A stretch of 64,000 bases of DNA from Octopus vulgaris (taxonomy: Eukaryota). The DNA lies in NCBI GenBank assembly GCA_951406725.2, contig OX597823.1, positions 13,578,001 to 13,642,000 on the forward strand, written 5' to 3'. A program made the translations under genes and the position numbers. A model generated the notes under the pieces. That model was given only the letters and a program-made list of their open reading frames with translations, did not search any database and was not told where the DNA came from. This document shows positions 25,939 to 39,106 of this stretch, piece by piece (positions within the stretch are counted from its first letter, which is position 1; the number at the start of each line of letters is the position of its first letter).

Positions 25939-27259
25939 CGAGGTGGTATCAAAACGTTCCCGGAGGTCTAATTCTGTAGTCCGCCAACAAATGGCAGTAC
26001 ACAATGCATGTGCAGCGAGAGCTAGCAGTTGGCTTCGAGAGACAGTGTGCTGACCAACATTACTGTGTTTACTCCGCAAGTTGTGAACTTTGTGCTTTTG
26101 TGGTCGTGTGTATACTGAAGTCTGCGATTTTTGTCATGGAAAGTTCCAACATAGGGCTAAGGTAAAATTTTGCGTTAAACTTGGGACGTCTTCTACAGAG
26201 ACATTGAGCATGATTTGGCAAGCTTGCAGCAACGAGGTATTTGGGTCGCACGCGATGTTTCGAGTGGAACCGGTACTTCTAAAGCGGGAAGGGTCTCCCT
26301 GGAAGACGATGAACCATCTGGAAGACCTGCCACAAGCGACTTTCCCTGAAAGGTGGTATTGTACATCGAAGGCGGCGAACTGGCAGAAACGTTAGCATAC
26401 CGGGCGAAATGCTAAGCGGTATTTCGTCTGCCGCTACGTTCTGAGTTCAAATTCCGCCGAGGTCGACTTTGCCTTTCATCCTTTCGGGGTCGATAAATTA
26501 AATACCAGTTACGCACTGGGGTCGATGTAATCGACTTAATCCCTTTGTCTGTCCTTGTTTGTTCTCTCTGTGTTTAGCCCCTTGTGGGTAGTAAAGAAAT
26601 AGGTATTTCGTCTGCCGCTGCGTTCTGAGTTCAAATTCCGCCGAGGTTGACTTTGCATTTCATTCTTTCGTGGTCGATAAATTAAATACCACTTACGCAC
26701 TGGGGTCGATGTAATCGACTTAATCCCTTTGTCTGTCTTTGTTTGTCCCCTCTGTGTTTCTCCCCTTGTGGGTAGTAAAGAAATAGGTATTGTACATCCA
26801 GAACTCGTCCCCCGAGGCCAGACGTTCAATTGAGAGTTCTACTGCGATGTTTGAAGCGTTTGAGGGATGATATTCGGCAAAAGCAACCGGATCTGTGGAG
26901 CACGAAGAATTAGATTCTTCACGACGACAGTGTCACCGAGCTCTCCTCATTGGTGAATTTCTCGCCAAAAGCTAGATGGTTTCGCTTCCGCACCTGCGGA
27001 CTACCATCTCTTCCCCAAGATGAAAATGCAGCTCACCATTTTAAGACCGTTGTTGAGATCCACAGTGAATCGCAGAAGGTCCTCGACTCGCTTACAGAAA
27101 ATGACTTTCAGGCCGGATTCCAAAAGTAACAGGAACGCTGGGACCGGTGTATTGTTGCGAAAGGCGACTATTTCGAAGGAGATGATGTGAAAACCTAGGT
27201 GAATAAGATATTTTTTTTATTAAACATAATTAGTCCAGGGACCTTTTGATACCACCTCG
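25939..27259 (+). mobile_element. mariner DNA transposon, internally deleted, interrupted by a SINE B dimer
   Basis: TIRs CGAGGTGGTATCAAAA / TTTTGATACCACCTCG with TA TSD; KVKFCVKLGTSSTETLSMI N-terminus; LHDD and DYHLFP remnants. Confidence 0.9.
26371..26785 (+). mobile_element. SINE family B dimer
   Basis: TSD GGTATTGTACATC at 26355-26367 and 26786-26798. Confidence 0.92.
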
Positions 27260-27347
27260 TATGGTGTATGTGGTGTTTCGCTTTAGGCTATCAGGTATTG
27301 TACAGGGTTTGAGTGGTAAGTGAAGATTTTTCTGCCTGAGCTATTCT

Positions 27348-27578
27348 TATTTCTTTATTGCCCACAAGGGGCTACACATAGAGGGGACAAACAAGGACAG
27401 GCAAAGGGATGAAGTCGATTACATCGACCCCAGTGTATAACTGGTACTTAATTTATAGACCCCGAAAGAATGAAAGGCAAAGTCTACCTCGGCGGAATTT
27501 GAACTCACAACGTAACGTAAACGAAATACCGCTAAGCAATTCGCCCGGCGTGCTAACGTTTCTGCCAGCTCACCGCCT
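27348..27578 (-). mobile_element. SINE family B monomer
   Basis: Complete head-body-tail. Confidence 0.9.
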
Positions 27579-27884
27579 CTTTTAGCCATTCTATTGGATG
27601 GTGACCTTTTTTATTCAATCGTTAGCATTTTGCGCAAGATGTAAGGTGAATCGGGCAGGGCTTTTATGGGACAGTGTGTAGCGTTCTGGACCCTACTATG
27701 GCTACTATGTCCCTTTTCAAATTTTTTATCATGCCCAATGTTCCCATTGCTCGTGGTATTGTTTTCATACTTATACCCTTTTATTTCGAATTACTTATCT
27801 GTAGTCTTTCACGCCTATATGAGTACGTGCAGTGTTTTCTTTTAATCTGAAATTTTCTATTTCATCTTCAATACGCAACTTATA

Positions 27885-27971
<87 letters not shown>

Positions 27972-28009
27972 TGTGCGTGCTTGTGTGTTATCTGCTGCAC
28001 ATCTGTAAT

Positions 28010-28180
28010 GTGTGTACGTTGCTTCTTCGACGAGTAGACTGCGATTTTGCGTGATGGTAGTGATACCGCTGATATTACGGTAATTTCCAAGATGGCGGAG
28101 GTCTAATGGCGCAAATCATTGACTGTAGACTGTACTATAGTTAAAACCTCATCTTTCATAAGGTCTGTCCAGAGTTACCT
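28010..28180 (-). pseudogene. Possible very old RTE-like RT C-terminal fragment
   Basis: TVYSQ*FAPLDLRHLGNYRNISGIT resembles the RTE pattern TVYxxxxxxLDxFHLxxLRxILxI. Confidence 0.3.
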
Positions 28181-28764
28181 CTATTAGATACTGATAACTG
28201 TTTGACAGCTAAAACATCGATGTCTGGAAATCCGACGGTGATGACTCCGGGCAGGTATGGTGTTTCGACACCATTTTACCACAAGAGAGAATTTTTCGCC
28301 GCAATAACAGCAGTGAATTTGTCTTTTAGCAGTCGAAGTATGTCACAGACATATTTTAACGAACCTAAACTTTGAATATATATATATTTGTAGGAGGTGT
28401 ATGTGGAGGATTGTAGAAGGTGTATGTTTGTGTATGTGTATATGCGTGTGTGTGTGTGCATGTATGTGTTTGTGAAGGCGCAGTCTCTAGTAGCGCTATA
28501 TTCGTTATGTTGTGTACGCCTACACATCGCTGCGTTTTGGTTATATATTAGTTTCTTTCTCAGTCGTTATATTTTCATTTTATCTGTTTCTAGATTATTT
28601 TTGGACCGGCACATCGATAACAAAGCATTATCCGGTTAATTAGCCTTGTCTCTGTTGATTGGCATTTCCAGCGTATGGTCGCTTTGACATTCACTGATTA
28701 TCTTTTTTTTCTGGTGTGTGTTTACATCACCTTAATGTCTGGCGTTGTTTAATGTTAATAATAA

Positions 28765-29112
28765 TCGTTTCTTTATTGGCCACAAGGGCCGAATTCAAAA
28801 CTAGAAATACGTGGGGTTTAACACAAAAAAAATCGAGTAAACAATAAAATAACAATGACAATTAACTACAATTAAACAGTAAAACATCCCCAAAAGGGGA
28901 CAGTTCCACAAAGGGACAATCGAGTAATCCCACACATCCTGGTTATCCCGATCGCTAGGTAAGCCTCAGCAGGCGCTTCTCTCCTTTTCATCTTCGGTTT
29001 ACATGCGAAAGTTCAGAGTAGGTCCATTCACATGTGCCATTCCTGTCACATTCACACACCTTTCAACAAAAATACTGGGTACGGTGGGGGAGACAGAACC
29101 TCCCTCTCTACG
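28765..29112 (-). mobile_element. 3' end of a LINE (probably L1/Tx1-type): ORF end plus 3' UTR
   Basis: ORF end PSIFVERCVNVTGMAHVNGPTLNFRM*, followed by a UTR ending CCCTTGTGGCCAATAAAGAAA. Confidence 0.55.
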
Positions 29113-29119
29113 AAGGTAA

Positions 29120-29935
29120 ATTGACAATATGAAGAGCGCGATGCGATTTGTAATAGATTGTTTATTTAACAGTTTGAACAATATTTCAACAGATCGTCTG
29201 TTTACTTCAGGTTCAAAATGTAAAATGAAAAATACACAATTACACAAAAATTCACAATATAAATGAGGAAATTATACGTTGTTATTTAGATTAAATGACA
29301 TCATCAATTTTCATTTCTGGTAAAAGGAGAAAAAAAGAAAGAAGAAAAAAGAAGAAAGAAAAAATAAGATAAAGAATACTTAGTCGAATAGTTTTGTGTA
29401 AATGTGATGACATTCACCTGCCATCTTAGTCATTCCTCTAGGCGTGATGTCAGCGATTCACAACTATATTTGTCCTAAGGTATTTTGGGGACTGAAAGTG
29501 GAGTAGAAACAGAAAATTTTCTGGGAATGTGCACTTTAAGGTGTTCTGCAAACTTGCAACCGTTTGATGTAAAATGATGGAGACGTTCTGTCGAACCATT
29601 GCTAGTATGCTTCACTTCCTACCTACGCTCATTGAAAATTTTGTTTAATTGTTCTGTTGTACAACCAACATAAATAAAATTCTGTCAGGTGCATTCTGCT
29701 GCGCATATCAAATGGGTATCATAACACCTCTCACAATATTTCTGTTATGATTTGTTATGGAACTGGCTTGACTTATGTTGTTGCACAATGAACAGGGCTT
29801 AACGTTGTTCTTTTGGCTGTTTTTCAAGGTGCAGTGTTCAGGAACTCCAATGGTAGTTTTCAGGTTAGAGGTAGTGTTTAATATCTCTGCTATATTTTTA
29901 TTGCGTCTAAAGGCTACAATAGGCTATTGAAGGAA
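29120..29935 (-). pseudogene. Penelope-like element remnant: GIY-YIG endonuclease plus pLTR
   Basis: Manual translation LICAAECT*QNFIYVGCTTEQLNKIFNERR (~29620-29715), with a hammerhead downstream. Confidence 0.75.
29174..29216 (-). ncRNA. Minimal type I hammerhead ribozyme in a PLE pLTR
   Basis: ttgaac CTGAAGT a aacaga cga tctgtt GAAATATT gttcaa: 6-bp stem I, 6-bp stem II, AATATT palindrome; one core deviation. Confidence 0.7.
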
Positions 29936-29936
29936 T

Positions 29937-30315
29937 ACTCTTTTACTTGTTTCAGTCATGTGACTTTAGTCGAGCAAATCGACACCAGGACTTATTCTTT
30001 GTAAGCCTAGTACTTATTCTATCGGTCTCTTTGGCGGAAACACTAAATTACGGGGACATAAACACACCATCATCGGTTGTCAAGTGATGTTGGGGGGGAC
30101 AAAAACAGATACACAAACATATACACACATACATGCATATATACATATATACGACAGGCTTCTTTCAGTTTCCGCCGACCAAATCCACTCACAAGGCTTT
30201 GGTTGGCCTGAGGCTATAGTAGAAGGCACCTGCTCAAGGTGCCACGCAGTGGGACTGAACCAGGAACCATGTGGTTGGTAAGCAAGCTACTTACCACACA
30301 ACCACTCCTACGCCT
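29937..30315 (-). mobile_element. SINE family A
   Basis: Homology to other copies. Confidence 0.88.
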
Positions 30316-30865
30316 ATTTATTTGTGTACGAATATTTATTTGAAACGAGGATTTTTTTCTTGAAAATTGCTAGTAACAGTCATACAATACTTTTTAAATG
30401 CCAGCGAAATTTCGGTACCAGTTAATCACTAAAGGAATTCTATCACATATTTTACTGTGGTTGCTAAAATCATGCATGTAAATTTGACTTCCCTAGCAAA
30501 TTTTAGCTAAGTCATTTGCGACTTCCTTTAATAGAGATTAATAGACAATGTCGCACAAAATTATCTGCATGTTCCAGTAATCCCCTATATCAGTACAGGT
30601 CTGCTTTATCCTCAGTAGTTGGGATTTCAAATTTGACCTAATTATATGATGTGGATGTGAGAGTTTATTGCAAAATAACCCTTTCACTAGTCCGCCTTCT
30701 GAAAACTTAATTTATGTGTTCAAAAAACCCAACGCAGTTTTTTTTTTTTTTTTTGGCAAAACTAGACGTAAATTTTATATTGGACTTAAAGCTATAGTTT
30801 TTAGCGTAACAGTCACAGAAATACAATAGGAACGCATGATTTCCTAGTTAATACTTTGAGTTTCT

Positions 30866-30940
<75 letters not shown>

Positions 30941-30956
30941 CATAATAATAATAACA

Positions 30957-31394
30957 CTCCTGAAGCAGTACCAAGCACTGGCTCTCATGGCTTCTGATCT
31001 TAACTGATTGGCAGCGTTATTATGTACATGTTTTGTATTGGCATAAAAGATGGGCTACAGCAATTATTCTGTTCAGTACTACAGATTTGCTCGTCAATTT
31101 TTTTTCTTAACCTTGTCCCTTGGTGGCTGACGATATGTGCATCTCTGATCATGAGCAGGAGTAGTGGAGAAGCATCATAGCCATGTGTTGAGAGGAATCA
31201 TTTGGGATTTGAATTATACACCTCTGTAAACATTGGTGTTTTGTTCAGCATCGTAAAACAGCTCTTACTCAGGGACCTTTTGAGGGGTAAGCAACTCGAC
31301 CTGAAGAAAATTCTAACTGGAGCCCCACCTGCAAGGTCATGCACTGTTTATCTTGATACGGGATAATCATGTCACGAACATATGGTTGTGATGC

Positions 31395-31440
<46 letters not shown>

Positions 31441-31472
31441 TAATATTAATAATGATAATGATAATAATAATA

Positions 31473-31557
<85 letters not shown>

Positions 31558-31583
31558 TAGATGAATCAGAAGGTTAGTGAATA

Positions 31584-31672
<89 letters not shown>

Positions 31673-31785
31673 TAATATTAATAATGATAATGATAATAAT
31701 AATAATAATATCAGATGGGTATACCGGGTTTCGTATATTTTACCCCAGTGTCACTTTGATGCTATGCGCTACTCTTTTTCTCACT
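30957..31785 (+). mobile_element. ~575-bp TAA-associated element split by a TAA array (31395-31710)
   Basis: 30957-31395 and 31711-31785 are collinear with 25159-25733. Confidence 0.8.
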
Positions 31786-31794
31786 AATAATAAT

Positions 31795-32959
31795 AATGAT
31801 AAACGTTTTGGAGAAAGCACTGGTAGCGTGGAGAGTAGAACTAACAAGAGCAAATAAATCGCGAGGCAACTTGAAAATACGCGGTGGCATTTTGCAAGGG
31901 AATCCCTCTCTTTATTACTCCTTGACATTGCGCTAATTTCCCTGAATAGAAGACCAACAAAATCCAGGGTTACATATAGTTTACCAAATCCATGATGAGA
32001 TTAAACACCTACTTTGTATGGATGACCTCAAGCTGTATAGAAAATACGTGGTAGACCTAGAGTCTTTGACTCAAGCTATGAGAGTATTCAACAAAGATAT
32101 CGCTATGCAATTTGAGGCAAATAAGTTCACTACACTAATTATAAAGAAAGGCCGGGAGGTAAACTCTGATGGCGTAAAATTCCCCCAAATTTAAAGACAA
32201 CGTCGTTAGATCGCTGTGGAATAATGAGAGGTATAAATATCTAGGAGTGTTGCAAGACAATAGGACAATGAAAGGAGAAGTAAGAGAGAAAGTCGCTAAA
32301 AAGTACATGAAGAGGTTAGGAAAGCATCCGAAATAAAAATTGAACGGAGGGAGCATTATTCTCTTCTACTCTAGGTACAAGGCCCGAAATTTTGAGGATG
32401 GAGGCCAGTCGACTAGATCGACCCCTGTAGGCATCTGGTACTTAATTTATTGACCCCGACTGAATTTGAACTCAGAATGTAAAGACAGACGAAATACTGC
32501 TAAGCATTACGCTCGGCGTCCTCACGTTTCTGCTTGGGAACATTATTAAAGCCATAAATATATGGGCCTTCTGAAATGCACAAAGGTCGAGCTACAGAAC
32601 TTGGATGGAAGAACTAGAAAGCTGTTCACAATGCACAACGTATTCCAACCTATAAGAAATACCGACCGACTCTGCATACGAAGAAAGGAAGGTGGGTGCG
32701 GATTGCTAAACGCAGACGACACTGTCTGAAAATTTCTGCTATGCACGGCATCCAGTGTGTTACCTGTTGAGATCGGTGCATTTGGGGTCATCTCAAAGAG
32801 AGCAATATCCTGGTATCCAAAGCTGCAAATATCAAACTTTTTAGGTGTTCAATTAGTAGTAATACTTCGAACGGCTCATGTGTTGAGAAAAATACTGCAT
32901 GTCTTAGCTGCGTGATAGAGCTGAGACGTAAAATAGATGAATCAGAAGGTTAGTGAATA

Positions 32960-32962
<3 letters not shown>
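31795..32962 (+). pseudogene. Decayed R4/Dong-type LINE (RT fragment joined to endonuclease end and 3' UTR)
   Basis: GILQG, HLLCMDDLKLY, YKYLGVLQ, RLCIRRKEGGCGL, PVEIGAFG; ends in (TAA)n. Confidence 0.8.
32360..32535 (-). mobile_element. SINE family B nested in the Dong-like LINE
   Basis: TSD-like GGGA(G/A)CATTATT on both sides. Confidence 0.75.
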
Positions 32963-33033
<71 letters not shown>

Positions 33034-33059
33034 TAGATGAATCAGAAAGTTAGTGAATA

Positions 33060-33125
<66 letters not shown>

Positions 33126-33351
33126 CTTTTTACTTTTTACTTGTTTGTTTCAGTCATTTGACTGCGGCCATGCTGGAGCACCGCCTTTAATCGAGCAACT
33201 CGACCCCGGGACTTATTCTTTTGTAAGCCCAGTACTTATTCTGCCGGTCTCTTTTGCCGAACCGCTAAGTAACGGGGACATAAACACACCAGCATCGGTT
33301 GTCAAGCAATGCTAGGGGGACAAACACAGACACACAAACACACACATACTC

Positions 33352-33382
<31 letters not shown>

Positions 33383-33577
33383 TACGACGGGCTTCTTTCA
33401 GTTTCCGTCTACCAAATCCACTCAGAAGGCTTTGGTCGGCCCGAGGTTATAGTAGAAGACACTTACCCAAGGTGCCACGCAGTGGGACTGAACCCGGAAC
33501 CATGTGGTTGGCAAACAAGCTACTTACCACACAGCCACTCCTGCGCCTATGATAATATTATAATAATGATAATATTA

Positions 33578-33662
<85 letters not shown>

Positions 33663-33694
33663 TAATATTAATAATGATAATGATAATAATAATA

Positions 33695-33725
<31 letters not shown>

Positions 33726-33726
33726 T

Positions 33727-33770
<44 letters not shown>

Positions 33771-33796
33771 TAGATGAATCAGAAGGTTAGTGAATA

Positions 33797-33867
<71 letters not shown>

Positions 33868-33881
33868 TAATATTAATAATG

Positions 33882-33978
<97 letters not shown>

Positions 33979-33986
33979 TAATATTA

Positions 33987-34065
<79 letters not shown>
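32960..34065. repeat. (TAA)n arrays with an embedded SINE A and 33-bp LINE-tail motifs
   Basis: Direct reading. Confidence 0.9.
33122..33549 (-). mobile_element. SINE family A
   Basis: Near-identical to 8028-8443. Confidence 0.92.
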
Positions 34066-34066
<1 letters not shown>

Positions 34067-34857
34067 CAACATATTAAAGAACGGCAGTCGCCCAACATGT
34101 CGTGTATGTCGACAACAAAATGAAACCATTGATCATGTTGTCTCCAAATGCAGTCTTCTAGCGCCTACAGAGTACCTCAACAGGCATGATAGAGCTGCAC
34201 AATATATTTATTGGGTAATTCGCAAAAACCTGGATGTGCCCCATAAAAAAACTGGTGGGAACACAAACTACCTCCAGTGCTTGAAAATGACTACATCTCA
34301 CTCCTCTGGAACTTCACCATTCAAACTGACAGAAAGATAGATGCAAACAGGCCAGACATCATATTGAAAGACTTCAAACAAAGAACATGCCTCCTCATTG
34401 ATATGACTGTCCCAATCGATATAAACGTATATGTCAAGACCTACCAAAAACTGAGCAAATATAAAGATCTTGAAATAGAAATCAGCAAAATGTGGAACAT
34501 GAAGACTAAAACAATACCTGTTGTCATAGGTGCCCTGGGAATGATAGCGAAAGGGGCTGATTGCTACCTAACTCAGATACCAGGAAACCCCAAAATGGCA
34601 GAAATTCAAAAGATAGTGCTCATGGAACTGCTCATATCCTACGCAAAATACTCTCTATATAATCTCAAGGTTTAAAACAAACTTTTTTTTTTAAATTTAT
34701 TTATTAGACATTTTACTAGTACAACACCAAGAAAAAAACAAATATATGGCACACTAGGCATAACAACAACGTGAACTTCCAACCTGTTGTCTCTTGAGGT
34801 CTCTGGGTGAGACTTGGAGCCAACTTGTACAAATATAAAGCAAAAGTCAGACACAGA
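34065..34857 (+). pseudogene. R4/Dong-type LINE 3' fragment (CCHC, RLE endonuclease, 3' UTR) in (TAA)n
   Basis: CRVCRQQNETIDHVVSKC, RHD, RPDIIL..LIDMTVP, KYKDL, PVVIGALG; one frameshift; TAA both sides. Confidence 0.9.
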
Positions 34858-34866
34858 ATAATAATA

Positions 34867-34946
<80 letters not shown>

Positions 34947-35029
34947 CCTTTCTAATATATTCATAAGGTCTGATATTTGGGGATGTGGGGCAATCGATTA
35001 GATATTTATCGGCTTCCTCTCTTCGCCAT

Positions 35030-35988
35030 ACTTTTCAGCCCATTGGATTCATGCTTAGAGTACCCATTTACTCAGTCAGTCCCCACCACATGCACCCATA
35101 TTTTTACAACTTTTTTGGTGAGCAGAACATTTCCTTCCATCTCTCTATCCTCCTTTTACTTTTCAGGTCGAACACGAACTGTCAATCAAGCCAATCGCTC
35201 CGCCAGTTGCTAATCGACTTCCCAAGGACTTCGTCGCATTTACCTGCAATTATTACACTATAGCACGCCATGGTGGAACATCTGCCAACTGCATTGCCAA
35301 ACTGGCAGTAGACTGTGAGCGCCTGACAGTACTCTAGGTGCCGCCTCTTCCCAGTTCTTGTTCACCTGGGGAATTTAATTGGTTTGTTCAGCTTCCCACG
35401 ACGCTCTTGGACGACACGGACCGGCCTCTATACATACTGGTTGATTATTGCTCTGCCATGGCTCGTCTACTCCCTTAAAACTGCGCTGGTCACCTCGATG
35501 TGTTTCGTGTCCGCCTCTGATACGGTGACGTCTGCGCTTTGAAGTATAGGTCTTTTACATCTTGGTCCTCACCAGATGCCCCTCTAATCTTCCAACTTCT
35601 CCAGTAATGGATTTACTCTCAGTATGTACAGAAAACGAGAGACAGAGATATCCTTGATGACCGAACGGGAGAGACTGAACATTTCCGATGGGAAGACAAT
35701 TACTCTAGCCACCTAGGAAATATAACTGTACATTTCAGTGAACGAGCTTCTTGAGATGGTCCCGAAAGTAGTCGACCTGTGGAATGCCACCAGGTAGTAA
35801 CGATGGACCATGTCGAAAGCTTTCCATTGATCTAAATTCATCATAACCTTACTCATATCGGAGTTCTTACCTATGATATATTACGCGAATTGAAATTGTC
35901 ATGGATAGACCTATTTGGGATGGGATGATTTATTTGCGCATCACTGACAAGCGTTAGCCTCTTGGCTAACACTTTGTCTAAAATCTTA
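35030..35988 (-). pseudogene. Decayed L1/Tx1-type reverse transcriptase fragment
   Basis: KILDKVLAKRL, IPNRSIHDN, NLDQWKAFDMVHRY on the minus strand. Confidence 0.7.
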
Positions 35989-36815
35989 CACACACACACA
36001 CAAACACACACATACACACGCATACACACACAAACGTTTGTGTATATAGCGATAAGGAAAATGGATAATATTACCTACTACATTCGCTGCAAATTTCTTA
36101 TATAGATGATAGGTCATATAGTACAAATAAACCTAAAACACAGACATCATTTTTCTCTGACAAAACTGACAATAGTCTTTGATAATTGACATAACAATAC
36201 GGAATAATTATAATGTCAGGCAGAAGTAAGATGAAACGCTAAGTAATTTTCACTGATATAGCTATTGAATTAAATTAAAATCATTTCAGCATATAAGAAA
36301 TCTGTGACACTCTTGTATTTATAATTATCATTAGAATAATAACACAATCATTCAGTAAAGAAATCGATAGTTTAAGTCTAAAGATAGCTTTAGTCACGTT
36401 CTATAATTTATTCCCTTATCAAATAGTATGCCATAAACAATTTTTTAAAGTCCCAGCCCTATTCCGTATTTTAATGACATAGTCAAGTAGAAATGGCCAT
36501 ACGATTTGTGATGGATAGCAATACAAGAAAATTACTCTAAGCTATGTTGAAGTCACAAAACAGAAATAGATACCGATCGAGTGTACAACTTCGGGCTAAA
36601 ACGTATAAGTCATATACTTAAAAATGTAAAAAGTGAATTTGATATTTCAGGATCGGCTGTGTGGTAGATAGCTTGCTTGCCAGCCATATAGTTCCGAGTT
36701 CAGTACAACTGCGTGGCACCTTGAGCAAGTGTCTTCTACTATAGCCTCGGCCCGATTTAAGCCTTGTGAGTGGATTTGATAGACGGAAACTGAAAGACGT
36801 CAGTCATATATATAT

Positions 36816-37670
36816 ATTACAAATTTATGAAGAATCCAAATCAAAATACGGCCGGTTTTCCACAAATACCTGTTGGAGAATTGGAAGCGCTACTTGGATG
36901 ATTGCCTCATCCTATGGTCCCCCACACTCGACCAACTCAATGATTTCAAAAACTTAATCAATTATGTCAACAACCATATCCAACTTTCAATGGAATATAG
37001 TCCTTTTCTTGACATTCATATTATAAAAAAGGCACCAACATTGAAACTGATATCCACTACAAACCGACTGATTCCAAACAATACCTTCTGTTCACCTCCA
37101 ATCACCCAAAGCACACGAAGACAAACACTCCCTTCAACCTAGCGAGAAGAATCTGTACAATTGTCTTAACTTATAGAACACGAAATAAAAGACTTCAAGA
37201 ACTAAAGGTAATTTTTCTCGAAAGACATTGCCCAGCATTATTAGTTGACAATAGAATAGGACGGGCCAAGACAATCGCTACCCACGACTTACGAAAACCG
37301 AAACACTCTCACGGTACATTAAATAGTCTCCCATATCTCTCAACACAATCCAAGAAATGCAAAAGCTTACACAGTTATATACAAGAACATTCCACTACTG
37401 AGTCAAGACCCACATCTAAAAAAGGCACAAGAAACCCATAAAATAATAAAAAGCAAAAGCCATTTTCTTATTATTATCAAAGAATGTATAACTGTATTTT
37501 AAAACTTTGGGATAACCAGTACTTAACACAACAAAGCTTTTACATTTTACTTTTGACAATCTCTTTCTAAAAAAGTGAAACCGGTCAAGTGAATAAACAT
37601 TTCTAAAATTGTATTTTCAAAACTTCTTTCATATATATTCCCACTTGTACGGTACCTTACAACTTTACTT
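36816..37670 (+). pseudogene. Penelope-like RT fragment plus pLTR
   Basis: WKRYLDDC, PFLDI, HYKPTDSKQYLLFTSNHPKHTK..NLARRICTIV; degenerate hammerhead at 37549-37590. Confidence 0.88.
37549..37590 (+). ncRNA. Degenerate hammerhead motif
   Basis: actt TTGACAA..GAAACCGGTC aagt. Two core transitions, palindromic stem III, 4-bp stem I. Confidence 0.45.
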
Positions 37671-37690
37671 TGTTATATATGTATGTATAT

Positions 37691-37728
<38 letters not shown>

Positions 37729-38189
37729 GTGTGTGTTTTTCCCCAACCACCATCGCTTGACAACCGATGTTGGTGTGTTTACGTCCCCGTAACTTAGCGA
37801 TTCGGCAATAAAAGACCAACAGAATAAGTACTAGGCTTACAAAGAATAAGTCCTGAAGTCAATTTGTTTGACTAAAGGTGGTGCTCCAGGATGGCCGCAG
37901 CCAAATTACTGAAACAAATAACAGAAAAAAAGAATATTTTTTACAGAGACTAATGAATGTAACAGGATATCCTATCTATTGCAGAGTACATTCACCTTTG
38001 TTTTCATTGAAACATCGCTAAACAGATATCTGCGATTCAGATATTTTTCTCAACAAGCATCCAGCATTTACTAACAATACGCGAAGCTTAAATGATTAAC
38101 ACAATAAAATAACGCACCTACATCGGGTGGGGTGCTGTAGTTGAAGTCCATACAAACGATGTAAACTATATCCCAAAATGCCATTCAAC

Positions 38190-39106
38190 ATATTCTTTTC
38201 TACTCTAGGCACAGGGCTCGAAGTTTTGGGGGAGATGGGCCCAGCCGATAACATCGACACCAGTACGCAACTGGCACTTCTTATTTTTTTATTGCCCACA
38301 AGGAGCTAAACATAAAGGGGACTAACAAGGACAGACAAAGGCATTGAGTCAATTACATCGATTCCAGTGCGAAACTAGTACTTAATTTATCGACCCCGAA
38401 AGAATGAAAGGCAAAGGCGACTTCGGTGGAATTTGAACTCAGAACGGAAAGACAGACGAAATACCTATTTCTTTACTACATACAAGGGGCTAAACACAGA
38501 GAACAAACAGGGACAGACAAATGGGTTCAGTCGATTATATCGACCCCAGTGCGTAACTGGTACTTCTATAATCGACCTCGAAAGGATGAAAGGCAAGTCG
38601 ACCTCGGCGCAATTTGAACTCAGAACGTAGCGGCAGACGAAATACCGCTAGGCATTTCGCCGGCGTGCTAACGTTTCTGCCAGCTCGCTGCCTTGACCCT
38701 TGACACTCAACATATTCTTTTCTATTCTAGGCAGAAGGTCCGAGATTTGTGGGGGAGGAGTCAGTTGATTAGATAGACCCCCAGTACGCAACGGGTACTT
38801 AATTTATCGATCCTGTAAGGCAAAGTCGACCTCGAAGGACTTTGAACTCAGAACGTAGCGGCAGACAAAATACCTATTTCTTAATTACCCACAAGGGGCT
38901 AAATACAGAGAGGACAAACAAGGAGAGACAAACGGATTAAGTCGATTACATTGACCCCAGTGCGTAACTGGTACTTAATTTACCGATCTCGAAAGGATGA
39001 AAGGCAAAGTCGACCTCGGCGGAATTTGAACTCAGAACGTAACGGCAGACGAAATACGGCTACGCATTTCGCCCAGCGTGCTTACGTTTCTGCCAGCTCA
39101 CCGCCT
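38190..39106 (-). mobile_element. Two adjacent SINE family B arrays (38190-38693, 38712-39106)
   Basis: Five units, two heads; CA(T/C)TCAACATATTCT duplicated at 38182 and 38704. Confidence 0.88.

Larger units (their letters stand above)
36647..37935 (+). mobile_element. SINE family A split by a Penelope insertion (36647-36812 and 37673-37935)
   Basis: Head half ends at the internal (TA)n; tail half resumes after the PLE fragment. Confidence 0.8.

Noticed and set aside
28209-28254. Possible 46-nt host micro-exon (TTTGACAG..CAG|GTATGG), a nearby YY1-like CAAGATGGCGG and a TTCG hairpin
   Set aside because: No supporting exons; such signals arise by chance, and the neighbourhood may be an old LINE remnant.
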